64,000 nt of DNA from an uncultured Chloroflexia bacterium. GTDB lineage: Bacteria > Chloroflexota > Limnocylindria > Limnocylindrales > CSP1-4. Shown piece by piece: positions 17,681 to 27,120 of the stretch. The stretch spans positions 69,481 to 133,480 of the forward strand of contig CAVUSH010000002.1 in assembly GCA_963744095.1 (NCBI GenBank), written 5' to 3'. Made by a program: the position numbers and the translations under genes. Numbering within the stretch: position 1 is the first letter of the stretch; the number at the start of each line of letters is the position of its first letter. The notes under the pieces were generated by a model that was not told where the DNA came from, did no database searches, and was given only the letters and a program-made list of their open reading frames with translations.

Positions 17681-18105
17681 TCGTCCTCGAGCGTCCGGGC
17701 CTGCTCCCACCACGTCTCGATCATGAGATCGCTGGGTACCTCGACCTGGAGCCGCACCGCGGCGCGGGAAACGGCAACGCGGAACGTGTCGAGGTCGACC
17801 GCGAGGAGGGCGCCGAGCCCTTCGAAGCCCGCGAACCGGAAGAGGTCGTGCTCGGGAGCGCCGAACCCCGCCAGGTTCAGCATCAACGCCTCGTCACGCC
17901 AGGCCAGCACGTCGTTCGTCGAGGCGACCGTCTGGTCCGCGAGCGCCTGGCGACGGGCGACCGTCTCGGAGACCTCCAGGAGCAGCCCCGTCGTGAAGAT
18001 CCCCTGGTGGGAGAGGCGCTGAAGGTGGATCGGCTCGATCCGGGTGAGCTCGGTGATCGGCGGCACGTTCGGGGGCTCCTCCTCCGGTGGTCTGGCGGCC
18101 GCCAT
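17677..18105 (-). CDS. DUF4332 domain protein
   Basis: VLAWRDEALMLNLAGFGAPEHDLFRFAGFEGLGALLA matches the DUF4332 helix-hairpin-helix-like repeat. Confidence 0.65.
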   Translation of the reverse strand: MAAARPPEEEPPNVPPITELTRIEPIHLQRLSHQGIFTTGLLLEVSETVARRQALADQTVASTNDVLAWRDEALMLNLAGFGAPEHDLFRFAGFEGLGALLAVDLDTFRVAVSRAAVRLQVEVPSDLMIETWWEQARTLEDE

Positions 18106-18177
18106 TGTACGGTCCAGTGCGGTTGGGCTGCCCCGGATCGGCTACGCTGCCCGCATCCAGGGAAGGAGGCGCGACAC

Positions 18178-19353
18178 GTGAGCGAGGAACAGCCCGCCCC
18201 GACCGGCATCCCGAGCGCGGCGCCCGGCGTGCCCGAGTCCCAGGCGCCGGCGGCAGATGGCGCCGTGACCGCAGCCGCTCCGCCGAGCCGCCGGGCGGCG
18301 CTCCTGCGGTCCGGCCTGATCGTCGGCGTCCTCGTCGTCGTGTTCGGCATCATCCTGCCCCAGTTCATCGACTACGCGGACGTCATCGCGGCCTTCAAGG
18401 AGCTCACCCTCCAGCAGATCGCCGTCATCACCGTGCTCGGGGCGATCGCCTGGTTCGCCAGCGGCCTGATCTTCAGCGCCCTGATCGAGGGCCTGTCGGC
18501 CATCCGGGGCACGATGTCGTGGCTGATCCTCGGCGGCATCGGCGCGTCGGTGCCGTTCGGCCCCTGGAACATGGGGGTCCTGTGGGTCGTCGTTCGCGGC
18601 TGGCGCGTCGGGAACGCGCCCGCGACGTCGGGCATCGCCCTGTACGGCGTCGTGAACGAGCTCAGCCGGCTCGCCCTGCCGCTGTTCGCGATCGTCGTCC
18701 TCGCCGCCACGGGGGAGCTGTCCGGGGCCCAGGACACGGGAAAGGCCTGGACGATCGCGATCATCTGCGCTGTCGCCTTCGTCGTCGTGACGGCGCTCAT
18801 CGTCGGGATCGTGCGCTCGGAGCGGATCGCCGACTGGTTCGGGCGGACGGGCCAGCGGATGGCCGACTGGATCCTGAAGCGGCTCGGCCGGAGCGGATCC
18901 CCCGACGTGGCCGGGGCCATCCACAAGTTCCGCGACCAGCTCGGTGAGGTCATCCGGCGGCGCGGGTTCGCGGCGCTCGCGCTGGCCATCGTCTCCCAGT
19001 TCGCCTGGGTCGTCGTCCTGACCGTCGCCCTCCGGATGGTCGGGGTGCCCGACAGCGCCCTGCCCACCGGCGAGATCTTCGCCGTCTATGCGCTCGTCCT
19101 CTGCATCACGATCCTCCCGCTCTCGCCGGGCGGGGCGGGCGTCACGGAGCTGCTCATGATCTCCGCGTTCTCGACGCTCGCCGGCCCGCAGTACGAGGCG
19201 GCGGTCGCCGCTGGGGTCCTGCTCTACCGGATCTACTTCTGGTTCGTGCCGATCCCCATCGCCTGGATCCTCCTCAAGGTCACCCGCCGGGGGAAGTCGA
19301 TGCTGCCGGGGACCTCGGAGCTCCGCGCCTACGCCAAGGGCGACGCCGCCTGA
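18178..19353 (+). CDS. Lysylphosphatidylglycerol-synthase TM-region / flippase-like (UPF0104) membrane protein
   Basis: GTG is preceded by GGAAGGAGG. Polytopic, with the conserved PLSPGGAGVTELLM motif. Confidence 0.8.
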   Translation: MSEEQPAPTGIPSAAPGVPESQAPAADGAVTAAAPPSRRAALLRSGLIVGVLVVVFGIILPQFIDYADVIAAFKELTLQQIAVITVLGAIAWFASGLIFSALIEGLSAIRGTMSWLILGGIGASVPFGPWNMGVLWVVVRGWRVGNAPATSGIALYGVVNELSRLALPLFAIVVLAATGELSGAQDTGKAWTIAIICAVAFVVVTALIVGIVRSERIADWFGRTGQRMADWILKRLGRSGSPDVAGAIHKFRDQLGEVIRRRGFAALALAIVSQFAWVVVLTVALRMVGVPDSALPTGEIFAVYALVLCITILPLSPGGAGVTELLMISAFSTLAGPQYEAAVAAGVLLYRIYFWFVPIPIAWILLKVTRRGKSMLPGTSELRAYAKGDAA

Positions 19354-19407
19354 CAGCCCAGCGCCCCAGGGCGTTCTCGCCCAGCATCATCTCGACCACC
19401 CGGGAGG

Positions 19408-19932
19408 ATGAACGTGTTCAGGCGCCATGACCAGGCCGGGAGCGCGCCGGCCAACGTCTACCAGATGCACCAGAAGGTGTGGGCCATCGGCGATGACTTC
19501 TGGATCGAGAACGGCGCCGGCCAGCAGGTCTACAAGGTCGACGGCAAGGCGCTTCGCCTCCGCAAGACGCTCCTCCTCGAGGATGCCGCGGGCCGGGAGC
19601 TCTACCACATCCAGGAGCAGCTGCTGACCATCCGCGAGGTGATGAAGATCGAGCGCGCCGGCCAGACCGTGGCGACCGTCAAGAAGAAGCTCATCTCGCC
19701 GTTGCGTGAGCGCTACGACGTCGAGATGGCCGGCGGTGACTGGAAGGTCCAGGGCAACATCACGGACCACGAGTACCGGATCGAGGGGCCCGCGGGTTCC
19801 ATCGCCACGGTCGGCAAGAAGTGGTTCCGCGTGCGCGACACCTATGGGGTCGAGATCGCTCCGGGCCAGGACGATGCCCTCGTGCTGGCCGTGGCCATCG
19901 TCGTCGACCAGATGGCGCACCCGACCCGCTGA
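19408..19932 (+). CDS. LURP-one-related (DUF567, tubby C-terminal-like) protein
   Basis: YQMHQKVWAIGDDFWIENGAGQQVYKVDGK... is typical of DUF567. The GTG at 19414 has better spacing to GGGAGG than the ATG at 19408. Confidence 0.75.
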   Translation: MNVFRRHDQAGSAPANVYQMHQKVWAIGDDFWIENGAGQQVYKVDGKALRLRKTLLLEDAAGRELYHIQEQLLTIREVMKIERAGQTVATVKKKLISPLRERYDVEMAGGDWKVQGNITDHEYRIEGPAGSIATVGKKWFRVRDTYGVEIAPGQDDALVLAVAIVVDQMAHPTR

Positions 19933-19971
19933 GGCGCGCGGCCGGACGGTCGAGCTCGGCTTCGGTCCCGG

Positions 19972-21939
19972 TCAGGGGATCGATATGCCCCAGGTGCCGA
20001 ACGAGCTGAACGGCCGGCCCGGTCCCGCGCAGGGAACGCTGCTGTTCACCGGCAGGTCGATATACGCGTTGTACGGGCCGCCCGGGGCCGGGAACACCGA
20101 CAGCTCGAAGCCCTCCCACAGGAACAACATCCTCGTCCGTCCGGCGGCCGTCGCCCCGACCCGGCTGCCCGCGTCCCTGCCGGGCCCGCTGTCGATCGGC
20201 TGGCCGGCGTACCAGAGGCGGACCGTCCCAGCGGCGGGTCCGGAGGCCACGCACGGGCGCCGCGCCGACAGTCTCACCTCGAGCAATGACCCCGCCGGGG
20301 CATCGACAGCGGGCACCGGCACGGTGAGCAGCACGGCATTGGCAAACCCGACGCCGCCGATGGCGACGTTGCTCAGCCGCCCGGGACTCGCCGGGACGCC
20401 GTCGACGAACACCTCCGCCAGCAGGTCCAGGCGGAGGGTCTTGTCGGCATTCGTCTTCGCGCCGAGCCAGAGCTTGACGAAGCGCGGGTACTCGATGGCC
20501 CCGATGTCGGCCGCCCCGATCCGCGCCTGCCCGATCTGGTCGGCGGTGGTCGAGTCGGGGCTCCCCGTGTCGATGGCCGGACTGCCCGCAAGGAGCGGCA
20601 GGTAGACGCCGCCTGGCGTTCCGTCGACCTCCAGGGTTCCAAGCTTCAGGTCGGCGACGTTCTGCTGGTCGGTCGCCTGGATCAGACTGCAGGTGACGTC
20701 CGTGGATCGGTTGTAGCCGGCCGAGGCGACGCTGCCGCCGGGAATGCCGAACGCGCAGCTGCCGCCGGCCGGGTTCTGGAGGAGCGTGTTGGAGATCGTC
20801 ACCAGTCGCTTGTTCGCCGCGAAGACGCCGCCCCCCGCCGTTGCCGAGTTCCCGGCCAGGGTGCTGTGCCTGACGATCGTCCTGCCGACGCCGGCGTTGT
20901 AGATCGCGCCGCCGTTGGCGGCTGAGTTGTGAAGGATGCTGGTGTTCGTGAGCCCAGCCGTCCCGTGCTGGTTGAAGAGGAAGCCGCCATTGGTCGCCGA
21001 GTTCACGTAGACGCTGGCTCGATTGACGTAGAAGGTCGCGCCGCCGTTGTAGACGCCGCCTCCGCTGACGCCCGAATTCTGGGCGACGGTCGAGTCGGTG
21101 ACGTTCGTCGTGCCGCCGTTCAGGCCGATGCCGCCGCCGGCGCCATTGGGCAGGCAGGACCTGATGTACAGGGATTCGACGCAGACGGCCCCGGGTCCGC
21201 TGCCCGTCGCGGCGTTCTCGATGATCGTCGAATTGTTGATCCGGACCGTGCCGGTCCGGACGTAGAGTCCTCCGCCGGCGACGGCCGAGTTGCCGACGAG
21301 CGCCGAGTCGTTCAGGACCGTGGTGCTCTCATGGGCCAGGATCCCGCCGCCCACGACTGCCCGGTTGTTCGTGACGGTGACGCGGTTCAGCTCGAGGTCG
21401 TGGCCCTCGTAGAGGAAGCCCCCGCCGCCCCATTCGTCCGAGCAGCCGTTCCTGATCGTGGCGTCATTGAGCGTCAGGTTCCCGCCCGGATAGCCGACGT
21501 GGATGACCCGGAACCTCTCGCCATCTCCGCTGCACGGATCGGCGCCGTCACCTCCGTTGGCCGCCGAGAACAGCTCAGGGTCCCGCTGGATCGTGTGGCC
21601 GTGAGCATTGATCGTGACGTGGCCCTCGATCTCGGGCAGCCCGTTCGGTCCGTGTTCCTCGTCCTCGTCCTGGCCAGCGTTGAGGTCCCTGGTCGTGAGC
21701 GTCACGTCGTACGTCAGCTCGATCGTGTCGACCATGGACGTGGGGCCGACCGCCAGGCAGCCGCCCGTGTTCACGTTGTCGTTCGAGGTGAGGATCGCGT
21801 CGGCGAGTGTGCAGGTGATGCCGTCGGCGGTGATGACCGGACCCACGGCCGCCGACGCCGGCGGCGGGACCAGGAGAAGCGAGGCCCCCGCGACCAGGGC
21901 GATAGCACGGACACCGTCAAGGAGCTTCAAGGCCGCCAC
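19972..21939 (-). CDS. Secreted right-handed parallel beta-helix repeat protein (Pmp-repeat / choice-of-anchor-Q-like)
   Basis: Signal peptide (ALVAGASLLLVPPPASA). Many N-x-GGG/GGA repeats (NSAVAGGGLY, NSGVSGGGVY, NSAANGGAIY, NSATAGGGVF). The start may be the TTG at 21930. Confidence 0.8.
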   Translation of the reverse strand: MAALKLLDGVRAIALVAGASLLLVPPPASAAVGPVITADGITCTLADAILTSNDNVNTGGCLAVGPTSMVDTIELTYDVTLTTRDLNAGQDEDEEHGPNGLPEIEGHVTINAHGHTIQRDPELFSAANGGDGADPCSGDGERFRVIHVGYPGGNLTLNDATIRNGCSDEWGGGGFLYEGHDLELNRVTVTNNRAVVGGGILAHESTTVLNDSALVGNSAVAGGGLYVRTGTVRINNSTIIENAATGSGPGAVCVESLYIRSCLPNGAGGGIGLNGGTTNVTDSTVAQNSGVSGGGVYNGGATFYVNRASVYVNSATNGGFLFNQHGTAGLTNTSILHNSAANGGAIYNAGVGRTIVRHSTLAGNSATAGGGVFAANKRLVTISNTLLQNPAGGSCAFGIPGGSVASAGYNRSTDVTCSLIQATDQQNVADLKLGTLEVDGTPGGVYLPLLAGSPAIDTGSPDSTTADQIGQARIGAADIGAIEYPRFVKLWLGAKTNADKTLRLDLLAEVFVDGVPASPGRLSNVAIGGVGFANAVLLTVPVPAVDAPAGSLLEVRLSARRPCVASGPAAGTVRLWYAGQPIDSGPGRDAGSRVGATAAGRTRMLFLWEGFELSVFPAPGGPYNAYIDLPVNSSVPCAGPGRPFSSFGTWGISIP

Positions 21940-21978
21940 CTCGGATACGTGCCGTTCATCTCGATGAAAGGAGATTCG

Positions 21979-22006
21979 ACTGTACTGCGGTTAGGCCGGC
22001 CGTCAA
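21979..22006 (-). promoter_or_regulatory. Candidate sigma70-type promoter for the beta-helix gene (TTGACG-N16-TACAGT)
   Basis: Minus strand reads TTGACGgccggcctaaccgcagTACAGT, about 40-65 nt upstream of the ORF start, in a locally lower-GC stretch. Confidence 0.45.
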
Positions 22007-22039
22007 TGCGGATTCGGTCCCTGACACGATTTTTCGTGC

Positions 22040-23572
22040 TCAGATCCGGCTCTGGACGCCCGGCTTGTCCCCGAAGATCGTGTAGTGCCAGGGCTTCTCA
22101 GCCTCGCCGGTGAGCTCGATCATGACGTGCTTGACCCGGGTGTACTCCTCGAACGAGTACATCGACATGTCCTTGCCGAAGCCCGACTGCTTGAATCCGC
22201 CGTGGGGCATCTCGCTGGTCACCATCAGGTGGTCGTTCACGAGGACGTGCCCGAAGTTGAGGGCCTGCGTCGCCCGCATCGCCACCCGCAGGTCGCTCGT
22301 CCAGACCGAGCTCGCGAGGCCGTAGGGCGTGTCGTTCGCCATGCGCAGCGACTCCTCCTCCGTGTCGAAGGGGAGGACGACGAGGACGGGCCCGAACACT
22401 TCCTGCTGGACGATCTCGCTCTCCTGGGCGGCGTCCACGATCACGGTGGGCAGGTAGAAGGCGCCGTCCGGGAAGCCGGGCACCTCGGGCCGCTGCCCCC
22501 CGACGAGCACCCGCGCTCCGGCGGCCACGGCACGCTCCACGAATCCCGCTACCCGGGCGACGTGGGCGGCGCTGATGAGCGTCCCGAGGTCCGTGTCGGG
22601 CGCCAACGGGTCGCCCACCCGCACCGAAGCGAACAGCTCCACGAGGCGCGCCGTGAAGGCATCCGCGACGGACCGCTGGACGTAGACGCGCGTCGCCGCC
22701 GTGCAGTCCTGGCCGCCGTTGATGAGCGCGCCGGCGGTGGCGCCGCGGGCGGCGGCCTCCAGGTCCGCGTCGGCGTGGACGATGAACGGCGCCTTGCCGC
22801 CGAGCTCCAGGTGGAGGCGCTTCAGGTTGCCCGACGCGAGCGCCATGATCTTCCGGCCGGTCTCCGAATCTCCGGTCAGGGACACCAGGTCCACGTCCCG
22901 GTGCGCCGCCAGCGCCGCGCCCACCACGTCGCCGGGGCCCGTGACGACGTTGAAGACCCCCGCCGGGACCCCGGCCTCGGCCGCCAGCTCGGCCAGGCGG
23001 ATCGTCGTCAGCGGCGTGGCGGTGGCGGGCTTGAGGACGACCGAGTTCCCGGCGGCCAGCGCCGGCCCGGTCTTCCAGATCGCCATCCAGAGCGGGTAGT
23101 TCCAGGGGCTGACCTGCCCCACGACGCCCAGCGGCTCGCGGCGGACGAAGCTCGTGTGGCTCCCCGAGTACTCGTAGGCGGCCTTTCCCTCGAGGTGCCG
23201 GACCGCGCCCGCGAAGAAGCGCAGATTGTCCACGGTGAAGGGGAGGTCCGAATCCCGCCGGAGCTTGTAGGTGGATCCCGTCTGGGCGGTCTCGAGGCGG
23301 GCGAGCTCGTCCGCGTTCGCCTCGATGAGGTCGGCGAGGCGGCCCAGGATCTGCACGCGCTCGGGAAGGTAGCGGCGGCTCCAGCGGCCGTCCTCGAAGG
23401 CGGCCCGGGCGGCGGCGACGGCGCGGTCGACGTCCGCCGCGGTGCCCGCAGGCACGCGGCCGACGAGCGCCCCCGTGGCCGGGCTCCGCACCTCGAGCCA
23501 CGCCCCAGCCGACAATTCGGCCGGCGCCCCGTCGATGTGCATCGGGAAATCGCGGACGGCCTCGGCGACCAT
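22040..23572 (-). CDS. NAD(P)-dependent aldehyde dehydrogenase (aminobutyraldehyde/betaine-aldehyde DH-like)
   Basis: LELGGKAP (catalytic Glu region), GGQDCTAATRVYV (catalytic Cys) and FGPV motifs. ATG is preceded by GGAGGAG at 8 nt. Confidence 0.9.
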   Translation of the reverse strand: MVAEAVRDFPMHIDGAPAELSAGAWLEVRSPATGALVGRVPAGTAADVDRAVAAARAAFEDGRWSRRYLPERVQILGRLADLIEANADELARLETAQTGSTYKLRRDSDLPFTVDNLRFFAGAVRHLEGKAAYEYSGSHTSFVRREPLGVVGQVSPWNYPLWMAIWKTGPALAAGNSVVLKPATATPLTTIRLAELAAEAGVPAGVFNVVTGPGDVVGAALAAHRDVDLVSLTGDSETGRKIMALASGNLKRLHLELGGKAPFIVHADADLEAAARGATAGALINGGQDCTAATRVYVQRSVADAFTARLVELFASVRVGDPLAPDTDLGTLISAAHVARVAGFVERAVAAGARVLVGGQRPEVPGFPDGAFYLPTVIVDAAQESEIVQQEVFGPVLVVLPFDTEEESLRMANDTPYGLASSVWTSDLRVAMRATQALNFGHVLVNDHLMVTSEMPHGGFKQSGFGKDMSMYSFEEYTRVKHVMIELTGEAEKPWHYTIFGDKPGVQSRI

Positions 23573-23684
23573 CGTCGTCACTCCTCCCGGGCGCCCGTCG
23601 GGCGCCGCCGCTACGGTCGATCGTCTCCCGGCCGAGCCTAGCACGGCTTCGGCGGGCGCCATCCCGCCCGTCGCGCCGGCCGGC

Positions 23685-25229
23685 TCACGCCCCCAGCGTC
23701 CTCGCCTCCCGGCGGAGCAGCTCCCACGCCCGGTCGACGTGCCGTGCCTCGGTCCGCAGGTTCCCGATCGCCACGCGGATGGCGAAGCGGTCGTGGAGCC
23801 GCGTGTGCGAGAGGAAGACCTCGCCGGTCGCGTTGACCGCCGTCATCAAGCGCTCGTTGGCAGCGTCGAGCCGGGCCCGCACCTCGGGCTCGTCCTCCTG
23901 CCCGCGCAGGGCCGCCGGTCGCCAGCGCAGGCAGACCGTCGAGAAGGGCGCCGGGGCCAGTCGCTCGAAGTCGGGCTCCGCGTCGACGGCCGCCGCCAGC
24001 TCGTCGGCCAGGCGGCAGTGGGCGTCGATCCGGCGGCGCAGGCCCTCGAGGCCGAAGTAACGGATGAGGATCCACAGCTTGAGGGCGCGCATCCGGCGCC
24101 CGAGCTGGGGCTGGTACTCCGTGAAGTCGTGGACGGGGCGCTCGTGATCGAGCGTGCGCAGGTACTCCGGCACCAGGCTGAACGCGAGGCGGACGGTCTC
24201 CATGCGGCGGCTCAGCAGAAGGGATGCGTCGAGCGGGGTGAAGAGCCACTTGTGGGGGTTCACGACCAGCGAGTCCGCGCGCTCCCAGCCGCTGAAGGGG
24301 TCCCGGCGCGCGGGCACGAGGGCAACGGCGCCCGCGTAGGCGGCGTCGACGTGCAGCCAGACGCCTTCGCGGGCGGCCACGTCCGCGATCGCGGCCACCG
24401 GGTCCACCGAGGTCGAGGACGTCGTCCCGATCGTCGCGACGATGGCGACCGGGACGCTGCCCGCCGCGCGATCAGCGGCGATCGCGGCCTCGAGGCCGTC
24501 CACCCGCATCGCATAGTCGGCATCCACGGAGATTCGCCGCAGGGCGGCCCGACCCAGGCCCAGGGTCATGCAGGCTTTCTCGATGCTGCTGTGGGCCTCG
24601 GCGGAGGCGTAGACAACCGGCAAACCCCCGGCGGCGCGGGCGGCCAGCCCGTCGGCCGCGGCCCGCAGCCCCGCCGCCTCGCGGGCGGCGGCGAGGGCGA
24701 TCAGGGTGGACGTGGAGGCCGTGTCGGTGAGGAGGCCGTCGAACGCGTCCGGCAGCCCCAGCGCGACGCGCAGCCACCCCACGACCACCTGCTCGAGCTC
24801 GGTCCCGATCGGCGACGTGCGCCAGAGCATCGGGTTCTGACCGAGGGCCGCCGTCCACATCTCGCCGAGGATCCCGGGAGCCGAGGCCGTGGTCGCGAAG
24901 TAGGCGAGGAAGCCCGGGTGCTGCCAGTGCGTGGCATTGGGCACCACCAGGCGTTCGATATCGCCGAAGATCGCGGCGAGCGGCTCCGGGCCCTCGGGAG
25001 CCGCGACGGGGAACGCCGGCCGGATCGACCCGGGCTCGATCGCGGGCAGGACGGGACGCGTCTCGACCGTCGCCAGGTAGTCCGCCATCGCGTCGACGAC
25101 CGCGTGGGCGGCTGCGCGGAACCGCTCCGGGTCCATGTCACCGGCACCGCCGGCCTGTGCTTCGTCGAGGGTCTCGAACGGGTCGGGATACTTGTTGCCC
25201 CGGCGGCCCTCGGGCGCTCGATCGGTCAT
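23685..25229 (-). CDS. Group II pyridoxal-dependent decarboxylase (aromatic-L-amino-acid/tyrosine decarboxylase-like)
   Basis: HWQHPGFLAYF, and HVDAAYAG...SLVVNPHKWL with the PLP-binding lysine. The start at MTDRAPEG has no clear RBS. Confidence 0.88.
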   Translation of the reverse strand: MTDRAPEGRRGNKYPDPFETLDEAQAGGAGDMDPERFRAAAHAVVDAMADYLATVETRPVLPAIEPGSIRPAFPVAAPEGPEPLAAIFGDIERLVVPNATHWQHPGFLAYFATTASAPGILGEMWTAALGQNPMLWRTSPIGTELEQVVVGWLRVALGLPDAFDGLLTDTASTSTLIALAAAREAAGLRAAADGLAARAAGGLPVVYASAEAHSSIEKACMTLGLGRAALRRISVDADYAMRVDGLEAAIAADRAAGSVPVAIVATIGTTSSTSVDPVAAIADVAAREGVWLHVDAAYAGAVALVPARRDPFSGWERADSLVVNPHKWLFTPLDASLLLSRRMETVRLAFSLVPEYLRTLDHERPVHDFTEYQPQLGRRMRALKLWILIRYFGLEGLRRRIDAHCRLADELAAAVDAEPDFERLAPAPFSTVCLRWRPAALRGQEDEPEVRARLDAANERLMTAVNATGEVFLSHTRLHDRFAIRVAIGNLRTEARHVDRAWELLRREARTLGA

Positions 25230-25300
25230 GCGCGCGAGTGTAGGCGACGAGCCGCGTCCGGACTCGGGAGGTCCGGCTCTTGTGCCGGCCGGGCAGGCCA

Positions 25301-25316
25301 CGCGATGATCATCGCG
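25301..25316. promoter_or_regulatory. Perfect 16-bp palindrome CGCGATGATCATCGCG (candidate operator)
   Basis: Lies in the 118-bp divergent region between the decarboxylase start (25229) and the ORF starting at 25348. Confidence 0.35.
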
Positions 25317-25347
25317 ACCGACGACGATCCGCGGTCGGAGGTTCACG

Positions 25348-25608
25348 ATGCTCGTCGCCCGCTGGCACCCGATCCCCTGCCCCCCCGGTGTCCGGATGGC
25401 CTTTGCCACGCACCTGCACGGCCGCGATGCGGAGGTGACCGTGGACGAGGGCGCGCACCTGTGGCACTGGTGCGTCGTCTCGCCGGCCGGCCACGTCCTC
25501 GCGGAGGGCGTCGCCGACGATCGCGCCACCGCGGAGCAGGCGGCCGAGAACGAGGTCAGCTCGGTGCATCCACCGTCGCCGCACCTGATCGACGAGCTGG
25601 TCGGCTGA
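25348..25608 (+). CDS. Hypothetical small protein (86 aa)
   Basis: ATG is preceded by GGAGG at 6-nt spacing. No family recognised. Confidence 0.5.
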   Translation: MLVARWHPIPCPPGVRMAFATHLHGRDAEVTVDEGAHLWHWCVVSPAGHVLAEGVADDRATAEQAAENEVSSVHPPSPHLIDELVG

Positions 25609-25789
25609 TCGCCTGGCTGCGGACTATCCGGCCGTGCGGCCGGTCATCGACGCCGGCCCCCGCCCGTTTGCGCGCCCAAGCGTTGCCGGCCCAGGCAACC
25701 GGCGAGGCCGCGGGGCGCCGCCCAGCGCGGCCCCCCGCGGCGCGGGCGGTGCAGGCGACCCGGGTCCCGCGGGCGCTACGAGCCCAACG

Positions 25790-26119
25790 CTACCGAGATG
25801 ACGATGTCGTCCGCTGGGACGCGCGGCCGCCCGCCAGAAGGAGTGTGACGATGACGGCGGTCAGGCCCACGATCAGGCCACCGAGCAGCGACTCGTCGAA
25901 TGCGAGGCCGTCGATGATCGGTTGGAGCTCCTCGGCGGTCGCGCTGCCCCAGACGACCTCGCTGGCGAACAGGCCACCCAGGAACCAGGCCGTGGCCGCG
26001 ATCAGCCACAGCCAATGGGTGCGCGCCCTCCGACCTGCCACGACCTGGGCGACGACACCGAAGCCCAGGGAGATGACGATCAGCAGGCCCAGGCCCGCGA
26101 GTCCAAGATCGAGCTGCAC
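25790..26119 (-). CDS. Small membrane protein (109 aa, 3-4 TM helices)
   Basis: GTG is preceded by GGAGG at 7 nt. Hydrophobic, Gly-rich helices. Confidence 0.55.
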   Translation of the reverse strand: MQLDLGLAGLGLLIVISLGFGVVAQVVAGRRARTHWLWLIAATAWFLGGLFASEVVWGSATAEELQPIIDGLAFDESLLGGLIVGLTAVIVTLLLAGGRASQRTTSSSR

Positions 26120-26504
26120 CGGTACACCTCCGTCCGCGACGCGGGACGCCCACAGCCCATGATCGTCGGGAGTCAGAGCGCTCGGCCACTAGGGCCGTCG
26201 GGCCCAAAGGGGCAGGACACAACGCCGAATCGGCTCGGCGACGACCGGGGCGCAACGCCGACCTCTGCGGGCACCTCGCGCGCGATGCTCGTGTGGCGCT
26301 CCAGGTCGGCGCCGCGATCCTGATGCTCTACGTCGAGTGGTACGGGAGAAACACGGCGTCTCGGCGGCGTCATCGCGGTCGTACGCGCAAGGTGGCGTGC
26401 CGGAGGGGCGCTACGGCGCTGGGACAGACAGCGAGTCGGTGTAGGCTCGACCGGTGACAATCGACGGCACGCCGACACTTCAGGCACGACGCCCCGAGTC
26501 ACAG

Positions 26505-26921
26505 ATGAAGGAGACGACGGCAGTCATGAAGGGCTTCGTTGACGACATCGGGCGGCTGACCGAGAGCAACATTGACTTCCGCCGCGTGCTCTACACCGGT
26601 CAGCATCTCCAGCTCGTGCTGATGACCCTCGCGTCCGGCGAGGAGATCGGCTCGGAGGTGCACCAGGATCGTGACCAGTTCTTCCGCGTCGAGGCCGGCG
26701 ACGGCGAGATCACGATCGACGGCACGACGCACCGCGTGACGGCCGACTTCGCGATGATCGTGCCCGCCGGGGCGCGCCACAACGTGCGCTGCATCGGCTC
26801 CGCGCCGCTCAAGCTCTACACGCTGTACGGCCCGCCCGAGCATCGTGACGGTGTCGTGTTCCGGACGAAGGCCGAGGCCGAGGCCGCGCACGAGCATTTC
26901 GACGGCAAGGCCACCGAGTAG
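26505..26921 (+). CDS. Cupin domain protein
   Basis: GEEIGSEVHQDRDQFFRVEAGDGEITIDG...IVPAGARHNV is a two-motif cupin signature. Start uncertain (26454, 26505 or 26526). Confidence 0.8.
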   Translation: MKETTAVMKGFVDDIGRLTESNIDFRRVLYTGQHLQLVLMTLASGEEIGSEVHQDRDQFFRVEAGDGEITIDGTTHRVTADFAMIVPAGARHNVRCIGSAPLKLYTLYGPPEHRDGVVFRTKAEAEAAHEHFDGKATE

Positions 26922-26974
26922 CGGCTGCGATTGGCGCGCCAGCGCAGAGTCGCGACCGAAGGTCGGCACATAGC

Positions 26975-27013
26975 CGAATGAGGCCCTCGGGTCGCTCCCG
27001 AGGGCCTCATTCG
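26975..27013. terminator. Strong GC-rich hairpin (17-bp stem, 5-nt loop); likely bidirectional terminator for the cupin gene and originally for tRNA-Pro
   Basis: CGAATGAGGCCCTCGGG-tcgct-CCCGAGGGCCTCATTCG. The right arm lies inside the 79-bp direct repeat. Confidence 0.6.
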
Positions 27014-27072
27014 TGCTCAGCGAGTGGTCGGGGTGCCGCGATTCGAACGCGGGACCTCCTGAACCCCATTCA
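26994..27072 (-). repeat. Left 79-bp direct repeat: displaced 3' 48 nt of tRNA-Pro(GGG) plus 31 nt of its downstream flank
   Basis: Base-for-base identical to 30838-30916. Identity stops inside the anticodon stem-loop. Confidence 0.85.
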
Positions 27073-27120
27073 CCACGACGGGTCGATTCAGACCGTCCTC
27101 ACGCATCGGCTAGCAGGGGT

